From Amoebidium appalachense (Eukaryota; Protista; Ichthyosporea): a stretch of DNA of 64,000 nucleotides. Position numbers and translations under genes: made by a program. A model generated the notes under the pieces. That model saw nothing but the letters and a program-made list of their open reading frames with translations, searched no databases and was not told the DNA's origin. The DNA is taken from the NCBI GenBank assembly GCA_963693365.1, contig CAVNZM010000012.1, positions 5,156,389-5,220,388 of the forward strand, written 5' to 3'. The first letter of the stretch is position 1; the number at the start of each line of letters is the position of its first letter. Of the stretch, positions 48,770 to 60,495 are shown piece by piece.

Positions 48770-49078
48770 GGGATAGCTGAAATTTGGACCGGTACCCCCT
48801 CCCCCCCCGGTGAAGGCCGTTCGATCCGGATCCCCACTGCACAAGTTTTTTCCCCGTCCGGGTGACCCCGGGGCACATTCAGTCGATCGGCAAAAGCATG
48901 CTCGCAGGGGCTACATCATAGTACAATATACCGTTTGCACTTGCCAATCACTCTTAAAGATTCTTCCCATCTCCCTCTCTCCCCCCCCCCCCCCACCTTC
49001 CCCCCAACGTTAACAGTGACAACAACAACGTTAACAACAACAACAACAACAACAACCGGCAACAACAACAAACAACGA
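48770..49078 (+). mobile_element. Candidate tRNA-derived SINE
   Basis: A-box-like tagctgaaatttgg (~48775), B-box gttcgatcc (~48819) within a cc..gg T-arm-like stem, and an (AAC)n tail at ~49020-49078. The cloverleaf is not intact. Confidence 0.35.
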
Positions 49079-49140
49079 CCCGCTCGAGCCCCCCCCGGCC
49101 CCCCTCCCCCCCCCCCCCCCCCCCCCTCCCCCCCCCCCTC

Positions 49141-49188
<48 letters not shown>

Positions 49189-49284
49189 ACACACACCACC
49201 ACCACCACCACCACCACCACCACCAAAAAAAAAAAAAAAAAAAAAAAAAGAAAGAAAGAAAAAAAAAACTAACTTTGTCCGATC

Positions 49285-51223
<1,939 letters not shown>

Positions 51224-51414
51224 GTCCGATCGCGAGTGACGTCTCACTTGCGTGACGCATCAGCTGATGCGTGGTGATCCGGCATGTGAAATTTTGCGGA
51301 TCACGGACACCATTGGTGGCTAAATGCCCCTACAATGACAAGTCCCAAATGTAGCCCTAATTTTAAGTATAGCCAGTGGAAGTCTTCTTATAAAAGAGGC
51401 AAATATAACGGTCG

Positions 51415-52423
51415 GTGGCGGCCAGCCCAACCCGAAGCAGCCCCGTGGCCAGTTGTCGGGGAACGAAATCTCGCTTTTCACACCCTGCTCAGATCTCCGC
51501 TTATCGATCGCGACCAAACTTTATGGTCCACCTATACAATCGTCTTAGTATATTTCGCACACATATTCGCCCTTTGTCGGAATACGGGTTGCCCTTACTA
51601 GCTATGGCACCCCCTGATACTGTTACTAATGTCCTCAAATCATTAGATGATTTCCATTACACAACTTGTTGTATGTTTCTCACTGGTCTTTCCACACCTA
51701 TCCCTAGTCTAAGACGCCTTTTTGATTCTCTCTACGCACTCACACCACCATCACAACGCGTACACGAATCTTAAATTTCACGAGCACATCACCCGCCTGT
51801 CCGCTTGTGCCCCGGACCACCCGCTCTTCCGGCTACACGCATCCCCGCCGGATTCGCTCCTCTACCTCTTCCCTTCCCCATCGTCTCTGCCCATTGCCGA
51901 GCGCTATGTGGAATGGCTGCCGGAGGTACGGCTAGATCATAGTGTGAAGATGAATAGTTTCAAGTGACTGTCTATGGCTGATAGATATCTTTTTACTCTA
52001 CGTGTTGAGTCCCTTCCGGTGTTAGGACCGCAAAAACACCAACTACTAGTAGCCTATATGGCGGATACGGTTAGAGAGTCTCGTTCATACATAGATTCGT
52101 TTATTCGTAATGTGGTGTGGTGTAAAAACGCAAAGATGATTATGGCTTGGCGGTGTAATCGGTTTCTGGTGTCTCCTTCTCGTATGTGTAATATGTGTGG
52201 GGGGCGGTTTACTCGCGGCTGCATATCTATCAATAAATGCAACCTGTTAGCTAATGTATTAGAACCGGAGGTTATTGGCGGTTTTATTCTCTTTTCTTCC
52301 TCTCTTCCTCAATATATCCGTTTTAAGATGACTATCCTAGATCACCTTATTAATGCTGCACAGTATGATATTGTGATCCGGTGCCTTAACTTTCTTTCGG
52401 AGCTAGCATCTGCTTACCCATAA
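51415..52423 (+). pseudogene. Decayed 3' portion of a non-LTR retrotransposon ORF (post-RT thumb region plus C-terminal Cys-rich knuckle)
   Basis: RLSIFRTHIRPLSEYGL resembles the R..lyk.fIRP.lEYg motif downstream of LINE RT domains. WRCNRF..CNMCGGRFTR..C...TILDHLIN resembles their C-terminal zinc region. The reading frame is broken at ~51774 and ~51967. Confidence 0.6.
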
Positions 52424-53450
52424 TATGTAATAGGGGTGTCAGATACTACGATGGCGCTCATTGTTGCCTAGCAAGTACATATGTCACTGGCTGCATTTGA
52501 TTGGCTGTGCTGGAAAACGCAGTAGGCCGTCGAATGTGGCTGGGCCTCCGGTAATGTCCACGCAATAAAAAGTGTGTAAACCCCATGGTGCTATGCATCA
52601 GACTGTATGGTGCTATGCATCAGACTGCATTGGACACAAGGCCAAGTCGAGCTCCAAGTTTATTTATTATGGTGGTGTGCGAATATGGACTGTAAGTGTA
52701 TAGCCGTGTATACCCATCTGACACAAAAAACTGAACATCATTCATTGACGTCACCTTATCAATTGCAACCGTTCATCCACACTGTGCCACATACAGATCC
52801 ACGTACAGAGTTTCGTACAGAGTGCACGCACGCGCCAGTTGGTATGTACGTGACGTTCCCCAGTGACTCCAACAAAACCCCGTTCCCCCCGCGGCACACC
52901 GGAATTCATTTTTTTTTATAATGACTTTATTGATAATAATTATGCTCATCAAAAGAGAAGCATGGGAGATATCACAGATATATATCTTAGAGAAGATTTC
53001 GGAATGTCCAAAAATGCCTTACTCTCGGATACGGAGGAGATAAAGACTGACTTTATTGATATGCTCATCAAAAGAGAAGCATGGGAGATATCAACCGGAA
53101 TTCATGTAACTGCATGCGCAGTCATGTTGGTGATGTCACAGGTGACAACCAGTAACTGTTGGTCATGTGATCGATAGGTCAATTCATTCAACTCAATTGA
53201 CTCCAACACGGTACACTCCTACAGCCACCCCCACACGTAAAAGGGCTGATGCAGATAAGCAGATTAATGCACAATAAAGCTTCCATATTCCTGCTAGAGC
53301 CCGATTTTTCGCTTGTATCTCAGGGCCAGGAATCGTTACCTTATGAAATTCAGAAAATTATATGAAAATAATCTTTAACCGAGATTTGTACGCTTGGTCG
53401 TGGGGTTCATGTATTGGGAGGTTGCTAAATGAACTTCAGTTTATTCAGAT

Positions 53451-53527
53451 GAGGTCGCATGGAAACCAGGGAGGGTGGGTAGAAACCAGCTGGTTTCCCC
53501 CCATCCTCCCGGTTTCCATGCGACCTC
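53451..53527. repeat. 77-bp imperfect palindrome/hairpin
   Basis: Outer arms gaggtcgcatggaaacc ... ggtttccatgcgacctc; inner gaaaccag|ctggtttc centred on CAGCTG. Confidence 0.9.
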
Positions 53528-53810
53528 GACAAATTTTCTAAAAACCCATCGCACTAGACTATTGGCGATGTGTCCAATCAAACATCAATGAATGCAGCAC
53601 TGCAGGCTGCTACGGATTTTTTCCGGGGTGCCACCGTACATAGAAACATCAATATTTAAGTAAATCAGCCTTTTGAAACCCAGCAGGATAATAAGGAAAA
53701 TTAAATATACAACACTTCACAAATAATATTTTTAGTGACTATGTAAACAAGACTGGTTCTGGATTATGCAAATAAATACAGTAGACTAAGCGAGTTCTCG
53801 CGTACAAACC

Positions 53811-53964
53811 GAGTCATATTTACCTCGGTCAGCTTGCCTCCATCAGAGTTCACAGGCCTCGTCGGGTGGGTTAATGACCTCCGCACCTTCGGTGCGTCGG
53901 TCATGAACCCACCCGACTCGGCCTGTGAACTCTGATTTCGGCAGCTGACCTCGGTATATGACTC
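53811..53964 (-). repeat. 154-bp imperfect hairpin with regularly spaced TC/TC (GA/GA on minus strand) mismatches and a TTC (GAA) triloop
   Basis: Arms pair as gagtcata/tatgactc, tacc/ggta, ggtcagct/agctgacc, gcc/ggc, atcagagttcacaggcc/ggcctgtgaactctgat, gtcgggtgggtt/aacccacccgac, atgacc/ggtcat and cgcacc/ggtgcg. Confidence 0.95.
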
Positions 53965-54188
53965 TTGACTCAGACTAATACCTATGTACCTTCGACGAGA
54001 CGAGAAGACACTATCAATCGACCTAGCTTTAATTAATATCCAATGGTTAGCTATCTCTTAAATTTTGTAATTTGATTTGCTTCATTCTGATTGGTTGTCA
54101 CACCGCGGGATTTCCCGATTGTTCTTCCAATGACATTTTCTATCACTATCGACAGTTCTCCAATATTAGAACAGAAAACGGTTTATAC

Positions 54189-54285
54189 CCAGATGGCCAG
54201 ATGGCCAGATCAAATTCAGTCTGTGAGCAGGGGGGGGGGGATCCACCTGAAGTCAAAACAATCTGGCCATCTGGCCATGTGGCCA
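54189..54285. repeat. Inverted pair of short 8-bp tandem repeats
   Basis: ccagatggccagatggccagat ... atctggccatctggccatgtgg. Confidence 0.75.
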
Positions 54286-54745
54286 TAGAATAGATTAGCA
54301 TGTAAGGCACTGGCTGCCACCACTGGGGGCCGTGGTTCCGGCAGGAGGGGGGGCACACGTGCAGGGGAGGCAGGGGGTCGGGGGAGGCACACGTGCACAG
54401 GAGGCTGGGGAGAGTGGGGGAACCATGGTTGTGTGATACTATCTATCCCCCATGTATGGCTGAGTTAAGACCATTTGTTCATGTAGCACGATCTTCTAGC
54501 ATGCACGTGTTGGAATGCCACCACTGGGGGGCCTGGTTCCGGCAGGCAGGGGAGCAGGGGAGGCACCCAGTGTGTGGGTGTGCATATGGCAGGGGAGCAG
54601 GGGGGCAGGGGAGCAGGGGGGCAGGGGGGCTGGGGGGCAGGGGGGCTGGGGGGCAGGGGGGCTGGGGAGACTGGCATGCCACTCACGGGGAGGATAGTGT
54701 ATGTTGGCACGTGTGGGTGTGTGGGTGATAAAGGCAGAAGCCACA

Positions 54746-55536
54746 ACACGTGTGGTGTCTAAACAGCCTATAGGCATGCTCCGTGTGCAGGCACCAATTT
54801 CTACCCTCTTCTGGTTGGTGCCAAGAGGCAGCGCCCTACACGTGTGGTGTCTAAACAGCCTATAGGCATGCTCCGTGTGCAGGCACCAATTTCTACCCTC
54901 TTCTGGTTGGTGCCAAGAGGCAGCGCCCTACACGTGTGGTGTCTAAACAGCCTATAGGCATGCTCCGTGTGCAGGCACCAATTTCTACCCTCTTCTGGTT
55001 GGTGCCAAGAGGCAGCGCCCTACACGTGTGGTGTCTAAACAGCCTATAGGCATGCTCCGTGTGCAGGCACCAATTTCTACCCTCTTCTGGTTGGTGCCAA
55101 GAGGCAGCGCCCTACACGTGTGGTGTCTAAACAGCCTATAGGCATGCTCCGTGTGCAGGCACCAATTTCTACCCTCTTCTGGTTGGTGCCAAGAGGCAGC
55201 GCCCTACACGTGTGGTGTCTAAACAGCCTATAGGCATGCTCCGTGTGCAGGCACCAATTTCTACCCTCTTCTGGTTGGTGCCAAGAGGCAGCGCCCTACA
55301 CGTGTGGTGTCTAAACAGCCTATAGGCATGCTCCGTGTGCAGGCACCAATTTCTACCCTCTTCTGGTTGGTGCCAAGAGGCAGCGCCCTACACGTGTGGT
55401 GTCTAAACAGCCTATAGGCATGCTCCGTGTGCAGGCACCAATTTCTACCCTCTTCTGGTTGGTGCCAAGAGGCAGCGCCCTACACGTGTGGTGTCTAAAC
55501 AGCCTATAGGCATGCTCCGTGTGCAGGCACCAATTT
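54746..55536. repeat. Tandem array of ~8.6 identical 92-bp units
   Basis: Unit acacgtgtggtgtctaaacagcctataggcatgctccgtgtgcaggcaccaatttctaccctcttctggttggtgccaagaggcagcgccct starts at 54746, 54838, 54930 ... 55482. Confidence 0.97.
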
Positions 55537-55726
55537 GTTGTGCCTTCCTTTTTTGGTTAGATCTATACCCGGCCAATGGTTAGCAGCCACGGGTTTGTTT
55601 TCATCAAGCTTAGACGTGATACTTTGCCAACCATCAAGGCCGTTTGAGTGAAAATGACCGTTGATTGGAGAGATCTATCCCATTGAGCCTTGGCACCATT
55701 GCTGTAAGCTGCTTTGTACCGTGGCA

Positions 55727-55735
55727 TATAAAAGC
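55727..55735 (+). promoter_or_regulatory. TATA box upstream of the 406-aa ORF
   Basis: atataaaag about 100 bp upstream of ATG 55830, followed by an A/C-rich leader. Confidence 0.5.
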
Positions 55736-55829
55736 AGCACACACGGTCACATTCACTCATTTCAACACTGACACTCAATAGTAAAAGGCGACACACAACA
55801 AACTTGTTTTTCAAACACTCACACGAAAC

Positions 55830-57050
55830 ATGGATTCTTGGAAAGAGGAGCTTCAACAGCTGCAGAAGCGCTTTGATTTTCTGTACACGGACCATTCGTC
55901 TCGCTTAACGGCCCTGCACACCGACGTCACCAGCCTCCGCACCGACCTCACCAGCCTCCGCAGTCAAGTGACCAATGAGAATGCTGCGCGTACCCCCCGA
56001 CCCCCCCAACCCCAGCCCTCTGATGTAGAGGCACGACTGAGGGCAGCCGAAGAGCAGATCAAGACCCTGCAGGCCGAGCTTGCCAGCCTGCAACGGGCTG
56101 CAGCACCCCGTCGGGATGGCCAGGTGGCCTATGAAAACTACATTTTCAGTGGCCCTCGCAAGACTACCATTGCCGCCAACACCACCACTGTGACTGCTGA
56201 CCCCACCCCTGCCGCCAACACCACCACTGTGACTGCCCCCACCCCTGCCGCAAAGACCACCCCTGTGACTGCCCCCACCCCTGTCGCAAAGACCGCCCCT
56301 GTGACTGCCCCCACCCCTGCCGCAAAGACCACCCCTGTGACTGCCCCCACCCCTGTCGCAAAGACCGCCCCTGTGACTGCCCCCACCCCTGCCGCCAAGA
56401 CCACTCCTGCCAAGACCACCCCTACCACCAAGACCACTCCTGCCAAGACCACCCCTACCACCAAGACCACTCCTGCCAAGACCACCCCTACCACCAAGAC
56501 CACTCCTGCCAAGACCACCCCTGCCGCTAAGCCCAGGCCCAAGCACACCAAAACACCTGAGACTTCGTTGCATGACCATACGATGGACCTCGATGCACAG
56601 CTAACTAGTGTGAGGGGGGAGCTCCAGAATGCTCGAGAGCGTGTCAAAGAGGCAAAGGCGGCTGAAGATGAAATGGCGGAGGGCCTGGCCATTGCTGCTG
56701 TGTGTGCAGCCCAAAACACCATAAAAAGCATCCGAAGGAAGATTCTGCGACGGGAGAAGAACTTGAAGGCATACACAGGTGGTAATGAGTCTGTCTCTTC
56801 ACCTGCCTCACCCGCCAAACGCGTCCATGATCAATGTGATTGGGACTCAGATGAAGCATTCAACCCCAAGCGGCTCAAACGACGGGCAAATCAGGTACTC
56901 GATGATATGACAGATGACGAATCTGCGTCTGATCGTGAGTCGGTCGTGTATGACCGCAAACCTGAACCCAAACATAAACAAACTGAAGAAATTCCCCTCA
57001 TTGATCTTGACCAGGAAGAGTTTGACCAGTATGAGCATGAGATGTACTGA
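55830..57050 (+). CDS. Intronless 406-aa orphan: N-terminal coiled coil, T/A/P/K repeats (TAPTPAAKTTPV, KTTPTT), second coiled coil, basic NLS-like motifs and acidic tail
   Basis: Long ORF with an ATG in good context, an upstream TATA box and a T-rich 3' flank; in-frame 36-bp and 33-bp repeats. No family recognised. Confidence 0.75.
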   Translation: MDSWKEELQQLQKRFDFLYTDHSSRLTALHTDVTSLRTDLTSLRSQVTNENAARTPRPPQPQPSDVEARLRAAEEQIKTLQAELASLQRAAAPRRDGQVAYENYIFSGPRKTTIAANTTTVTADPTPAANTTTVTAPTPAAKTTPVTAPTPVAKTAPVTAPTPAAKTTPVTAPTPVAKTAPVTAPTPAAKTTPAKTTPTTKTTPAKTTPTTKTTPAKTTPTTKTTPAKTTPAAKPRPKHTKTPETSLHDHTMDLDAQLTSVRGELQNARERVKEAKAAEDEMAEGLAIAAVCAAQNTIKSIRRKILRREKNLKAYTGGNESVSSPASPAKRVHDQCDWDSDEAFNPKRLKRRANQVLDDMTDDESASDRESVVYDRKPEPKHKQTEEIPLIDLDQEEFDQYEHEMY

Positions 57051-57449
57051 TTTGATTGGTCGACTAAGTGGCATTCTCTTTTGATTTGTATTTGAATTGA
57101 TCGGTCTTGATTTATTTGTTTCTTTTCTCTTTTAGTTTGTATTTGAATATACTCGGTCCAAGTTGATTTGTTCTTTGTAATCTGACTAGACTATCATGTA
57201 CGTACGTACTCTTTTTCTATACAATCACTTGTGTTCATATTAAAGGATTCTGTGTACGTGGACCACGGAAACATACACCATTTTTTGCAGTGCTTCATGC
57301 TATAAAATAACCATGAGAGACACAAACAAATACACTAAGTGTGTACACGTCTACCCATAGGCCCAAGTGTTGACATGTCTGCCCACAGTTCCCTAAGGCT
57401 TAAAGCACACATCTGCCTGTATGCCATAAACTTTACTTTCACCACAAGA

Positions 57450-58480
57450 CACCCACCTAAGTACACTCTGCACCACCCTAAGTACACTGTGGTGCACAGC
57501 CCCACCCTAAGTACACGTCTGCACCACCCTAAGTACACTGTGGTGCACAGCCCCACCCTAAGTACACGTCTGCACCACCCTAAGTACACTGTGGTGCACA
57601 GCCCCACCCTAAGTACACGTCTGCACCACCCTAAGTACACTGTGGTGCACAGCCCCACCCTAAGTACACGTCTGCACCACCCTAAGTACACCTCTGCACC
57701 ACCCTAAGTACACGTCTGCACCACCCTAAGTACACCTCTGCACCACCCTAAGTACACCTCTGCACCACCCTAAGTACACCTCTGCACAGCCCTAAGTACA
57801 CCTCTGCACAGCCCCACCCTAAGTACACTCTGCACCACCCTAAGTACACGTCTGCACCACCCTAAGTACACTCTGCACAGCCCCACCCTAAGTACACGTC
57901 TGCACCACCCTAAGTACACTCTGCACAGCCCCACCCTAAGTACACGTCTGCACCACCCTAAGTACACGTCTGCACCACCCTAAGTACACCTCTGCACCAC
58001 CCTAAGTACACGTCTGCACCACCCTAAGTACACCTCTGCACCACCCTAAGTACACGTCTGCACCACCCTAAGTACACCTCTGCACCACCCTAAGTACACG
58101 TCTGCACCACCCTAAGTACACGTCTGCACCACCCTAAGTACACCTCTGCACCACCCTAAGTACACGTCTGCACCACCCTAAGTACACCTCTGCACCACCC
58201 TAAGTACACGTCTGCACCACCCTAAGTACACTCTGCACAGCCCCACCCTAAGTACACGTCTGCACCACCCTAAGTACACTCTGCACAGCCCCACCCTAAG
58301 TACACTCTGCACCACCCTAAGTACACGTCTGCACAGCCCCACCCTTTAAGTACACGTCTGCACAGCCCCACCCTTTAAGTACACGTCTGCACCATCCTAA
58401 GTACACGTCTGCACAGCCCCACCCTTTAAGTACACGTCTGCACAGCCCCACCCTAAGTACACTCAATGTTAAGTACACCT
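57450..58480. repeat. Modular minisatellite built on a 21-28 bp unit (caccaccctaagtacac[g/c]tctg and variants)
   Basis: About 40 copies of the core cctaagtacac, with variant spacers (gtctg, ctctg, tctg, tgtggtg; caccacc vs cacagccccacc) arranged in higher-order blocks. Confidence 0.95.
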
Positions 58481-58541
58481 GCACACAAGCACTAGAATAG
58501 CCTGAGGCTACTCTCTAATAACGGCCCCTTTTTTCACCGTG

Positions 58542-59288
58542 TCAAGGCCAGTTGATATCTCCGTCTGAAGACTCGGAAGACGCCCCAGAGCTGCTGGCTT
58601 CACTGGCTCGTGCCCTTTTCTGCTGTCCCCGTGTCAAGGTCTTGGACTCGGAAGACGAGTGCTCCTCAGAAGACGAGTACTCCTCAGGTCCCCATAGCAA
58701 GGTCTTGAACCAAGGAGGCACTTCCTCCTGTACCTCCGACCCAGAGCTTTTGACTTCCTCTCGTGTCCTCTTCTGCTGTCTTCGTGGTTTCTCCCGTGTC
58801 TTGGACCCCTGTGTGAAGGTCTTCCAGTTGAACCAAGGAGGCACTGGAGAATGGTGCTCCTCCTCCGACCCAGAGCTTCTGACTTCCTCTCGTGTCCTCT
58901 TCTGCTGTCTTCGTGGTTTCTCCCGTGTCTTGGACCCCTGTGTGATGTGCAAACGTGAGCGCTGCAGGGGCAGGGGGGCCAAGTCCACGGGATAGGAGCT
59001 GCCATGCTCGCCAGCACGAAGTGCAGGTGCCGCTGCCAGGACAGGGGGTGCCACGGTCAGCGCTGGGGGTGCCACGGTCAGCGCTGGGGGTGCCACGGTC
59101 AGCGCTGGGGGTGCCACGGTTGCTGCTGTAGTGGTGCGCTTGCTTAAAGCCATGCGGGCGTGCCTAGCAAGGGCGCACGCGAAACGGGTCTGGGTGTCCC
59201 GCAGGACCTTTGCATCCTCCTCCAAAGTCTTGAGTCTTGTCTCTATTTTTTTAGCGCGCCTTTCTAGATCTTTGATGTTAGAACTCAT
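58542..59288 (-). CDS. Intronless orphan: N-terminal coiled coil, (TVAPPAL)n repeat, duplicated basic segment and Ser/acidic tail
   Basis: Part of ORF 58542-59408; likely start MSSNIKDLERR at 59288 (alternative Met at 59342). Contains in-frame 21-bp repeats and a duplication of TQGSKTREKPRRQQKRTREEV.SSGSE..VPPWF. Confidence 0.65.
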   Translation of the reverse strand: MSSNIKDLERRAKKIETRLKTLEEDAKVLRDTQTRFACALARHARMALSKRTTTAATVAPPALTVAPPALTVAPPALTVAPPVLAAAPALRAGEHGSSYPVDLAPLPLQRSRLHITQGSKTREKPRRQQKRTREEVRSSGSEEEHHSPVPPWFNWKTFTQGSKTREKPRRQQKRTREEVKSSGSEVQEEVPPWFKTLLWGPEEYSSSEEHSSSESKTLTRGQQKRARASEASSSGASSESSDGDINWP

Positions 59289-59340
59289 TTTCGTGACAGT
59301 TGGATGTACGTTGTGTGCCAAGGGAGAAGTTGTCACTGAC

Positions 59341-59871
59341 ATGTACACCCCCGCCCTCGAATACTGCCCCTTGTGCAGCTGCCGCCGCCGCCCAGCTTCG
59401 CCCGGCACACCCCAGGCCTACGTGGCCGCCGACCTCCCCCTCCGCTTCCATTCCTGTCCTTGTCCACACTGCGTGCACGTCTTTGCACGCCCTGCCACCG
59501 TGCTCGTGTGTGCCGACTGCCACACACTCGTCCTGCAGCATCAGCATGGTGTGGACGGCTGCGCGAGGAGGCTTGTTGGCCGTAGACGACAGCTGCGACC
59601 GGGTTTGGCCCCCCGAAGACTTGTTCCTGCCCCACAAGCCCACACAAACACCCATTTTTCTCCCCAACCCCCACCATGCACATCTCTTCCACCAAGCCCA
59701 TACCCATCCCCAAGCCCGCTCACACCGCCTGTTAAAGATACTGTATGCAAGAATTTAGAAGTTGAAGACCCCAACTCCCCCCAGGGTGAGTGGTTGTGGA
59801 TGCTTTTCCCCTCTGGGTGGCAAAATGTGTGGGTGCCGGCCACCCCGGGCACCCCGCAAAATAAATCGTGA
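59341..59871 (+). CDS. Possible small Cys-rich (zinc ribbon-like) orphan protein
   Basis: From ATG 59341: CPLC...CPCPHCVHVFARPATVLVCADCHTLVLQ, loosely like the eS27 zinc ribbon. Divergent from the neighbouring ORF. Confidence 0.35.
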   Translation: MYTPALEYCPLCSCRRRPASPGTPQAYVAADLPLRFHSCPCPHCVHVFARPATVLVCADCHTLVLQHQHGVDGCARRLVGRRRQLRPGLAPRRLVPAPQAHTNTHFSPQPPPCTSLPPSPYPSPSPLTPPVKDTVCKNLEVEDPNSPQGEWLWMLFPSGWQNVWVPATPGTPQNKS

Positions 59872-59892
59872 AGACTTGGCATCTGTACATCT

Positions 59893-59925
<33 letters not shown>

Positions 59926-60495
59926 ACACACACACACCACACACACACCACACACACACACCACACACATGCACACACACACACACACCACACACACACA
60001 CACACACACCACACACACACCACACACATGCACACCACACACACCACACACACCACACACACACACCACACACACACACACCACACACGCACACACACAC
60101 CACACACACACACCACACACATGCACACCACACACACACCACACACACACACACCACACACGCATACGCACATGCATGTTTCAGATACGTCCAAGTGTGG
60201 TTATGTATTGACTTTTGTGTTTATTCACTCTTGCTGTCGTTAAGTCTCGCTTACATGTTAGGGTTCAGATACATAGATGATGTTTGCACCAAATCGTGCT
60301 TATGAGAAGACATCGTAAGAAACAAACGATGGGATATTTGCGCTGGTTTGCACATTTGCACATGTATGGGTTGGGGCATGTCATAGCATCTCACATTGTG
60401 GTACTTGTACACACTGCCCTGTCTATATTTGTCTATTGGGTATAGCATTCCTCTCTCCCATACACACTCACCCACCCAGCAATCACCCCACACCA

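Noticed and set aside
48770-48840. Functional tRNA gene
   Set aside because: A and B boxes are present, but the anticodon arm is replaced by a C run and the acceptor stem is incomplete; treated as SINE-like at most.
52584-53095. Short direct repeats (21 bp at ~52585/52608; ~33 bp at ~52941/53060) as LTRs or element ends
   Set aside because: Too short and too close together, with no TG..CA termini, PBS or enclosed coding sequence; likely local duplications.
54746-55536. Possible CRISPR array
   Set aside because: Units are fully identical with no unique spacers, no cas genes are visible, and the context is eukaryotic.
55905-56818. Long minus-strand ORFs antisense to the 406-aa gene (and similar ones over 58552-58995 and 62427-63662)
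   Set aside because: Shadow ORFs caused by in-frame repeats and GC3 bias on the coding strand.
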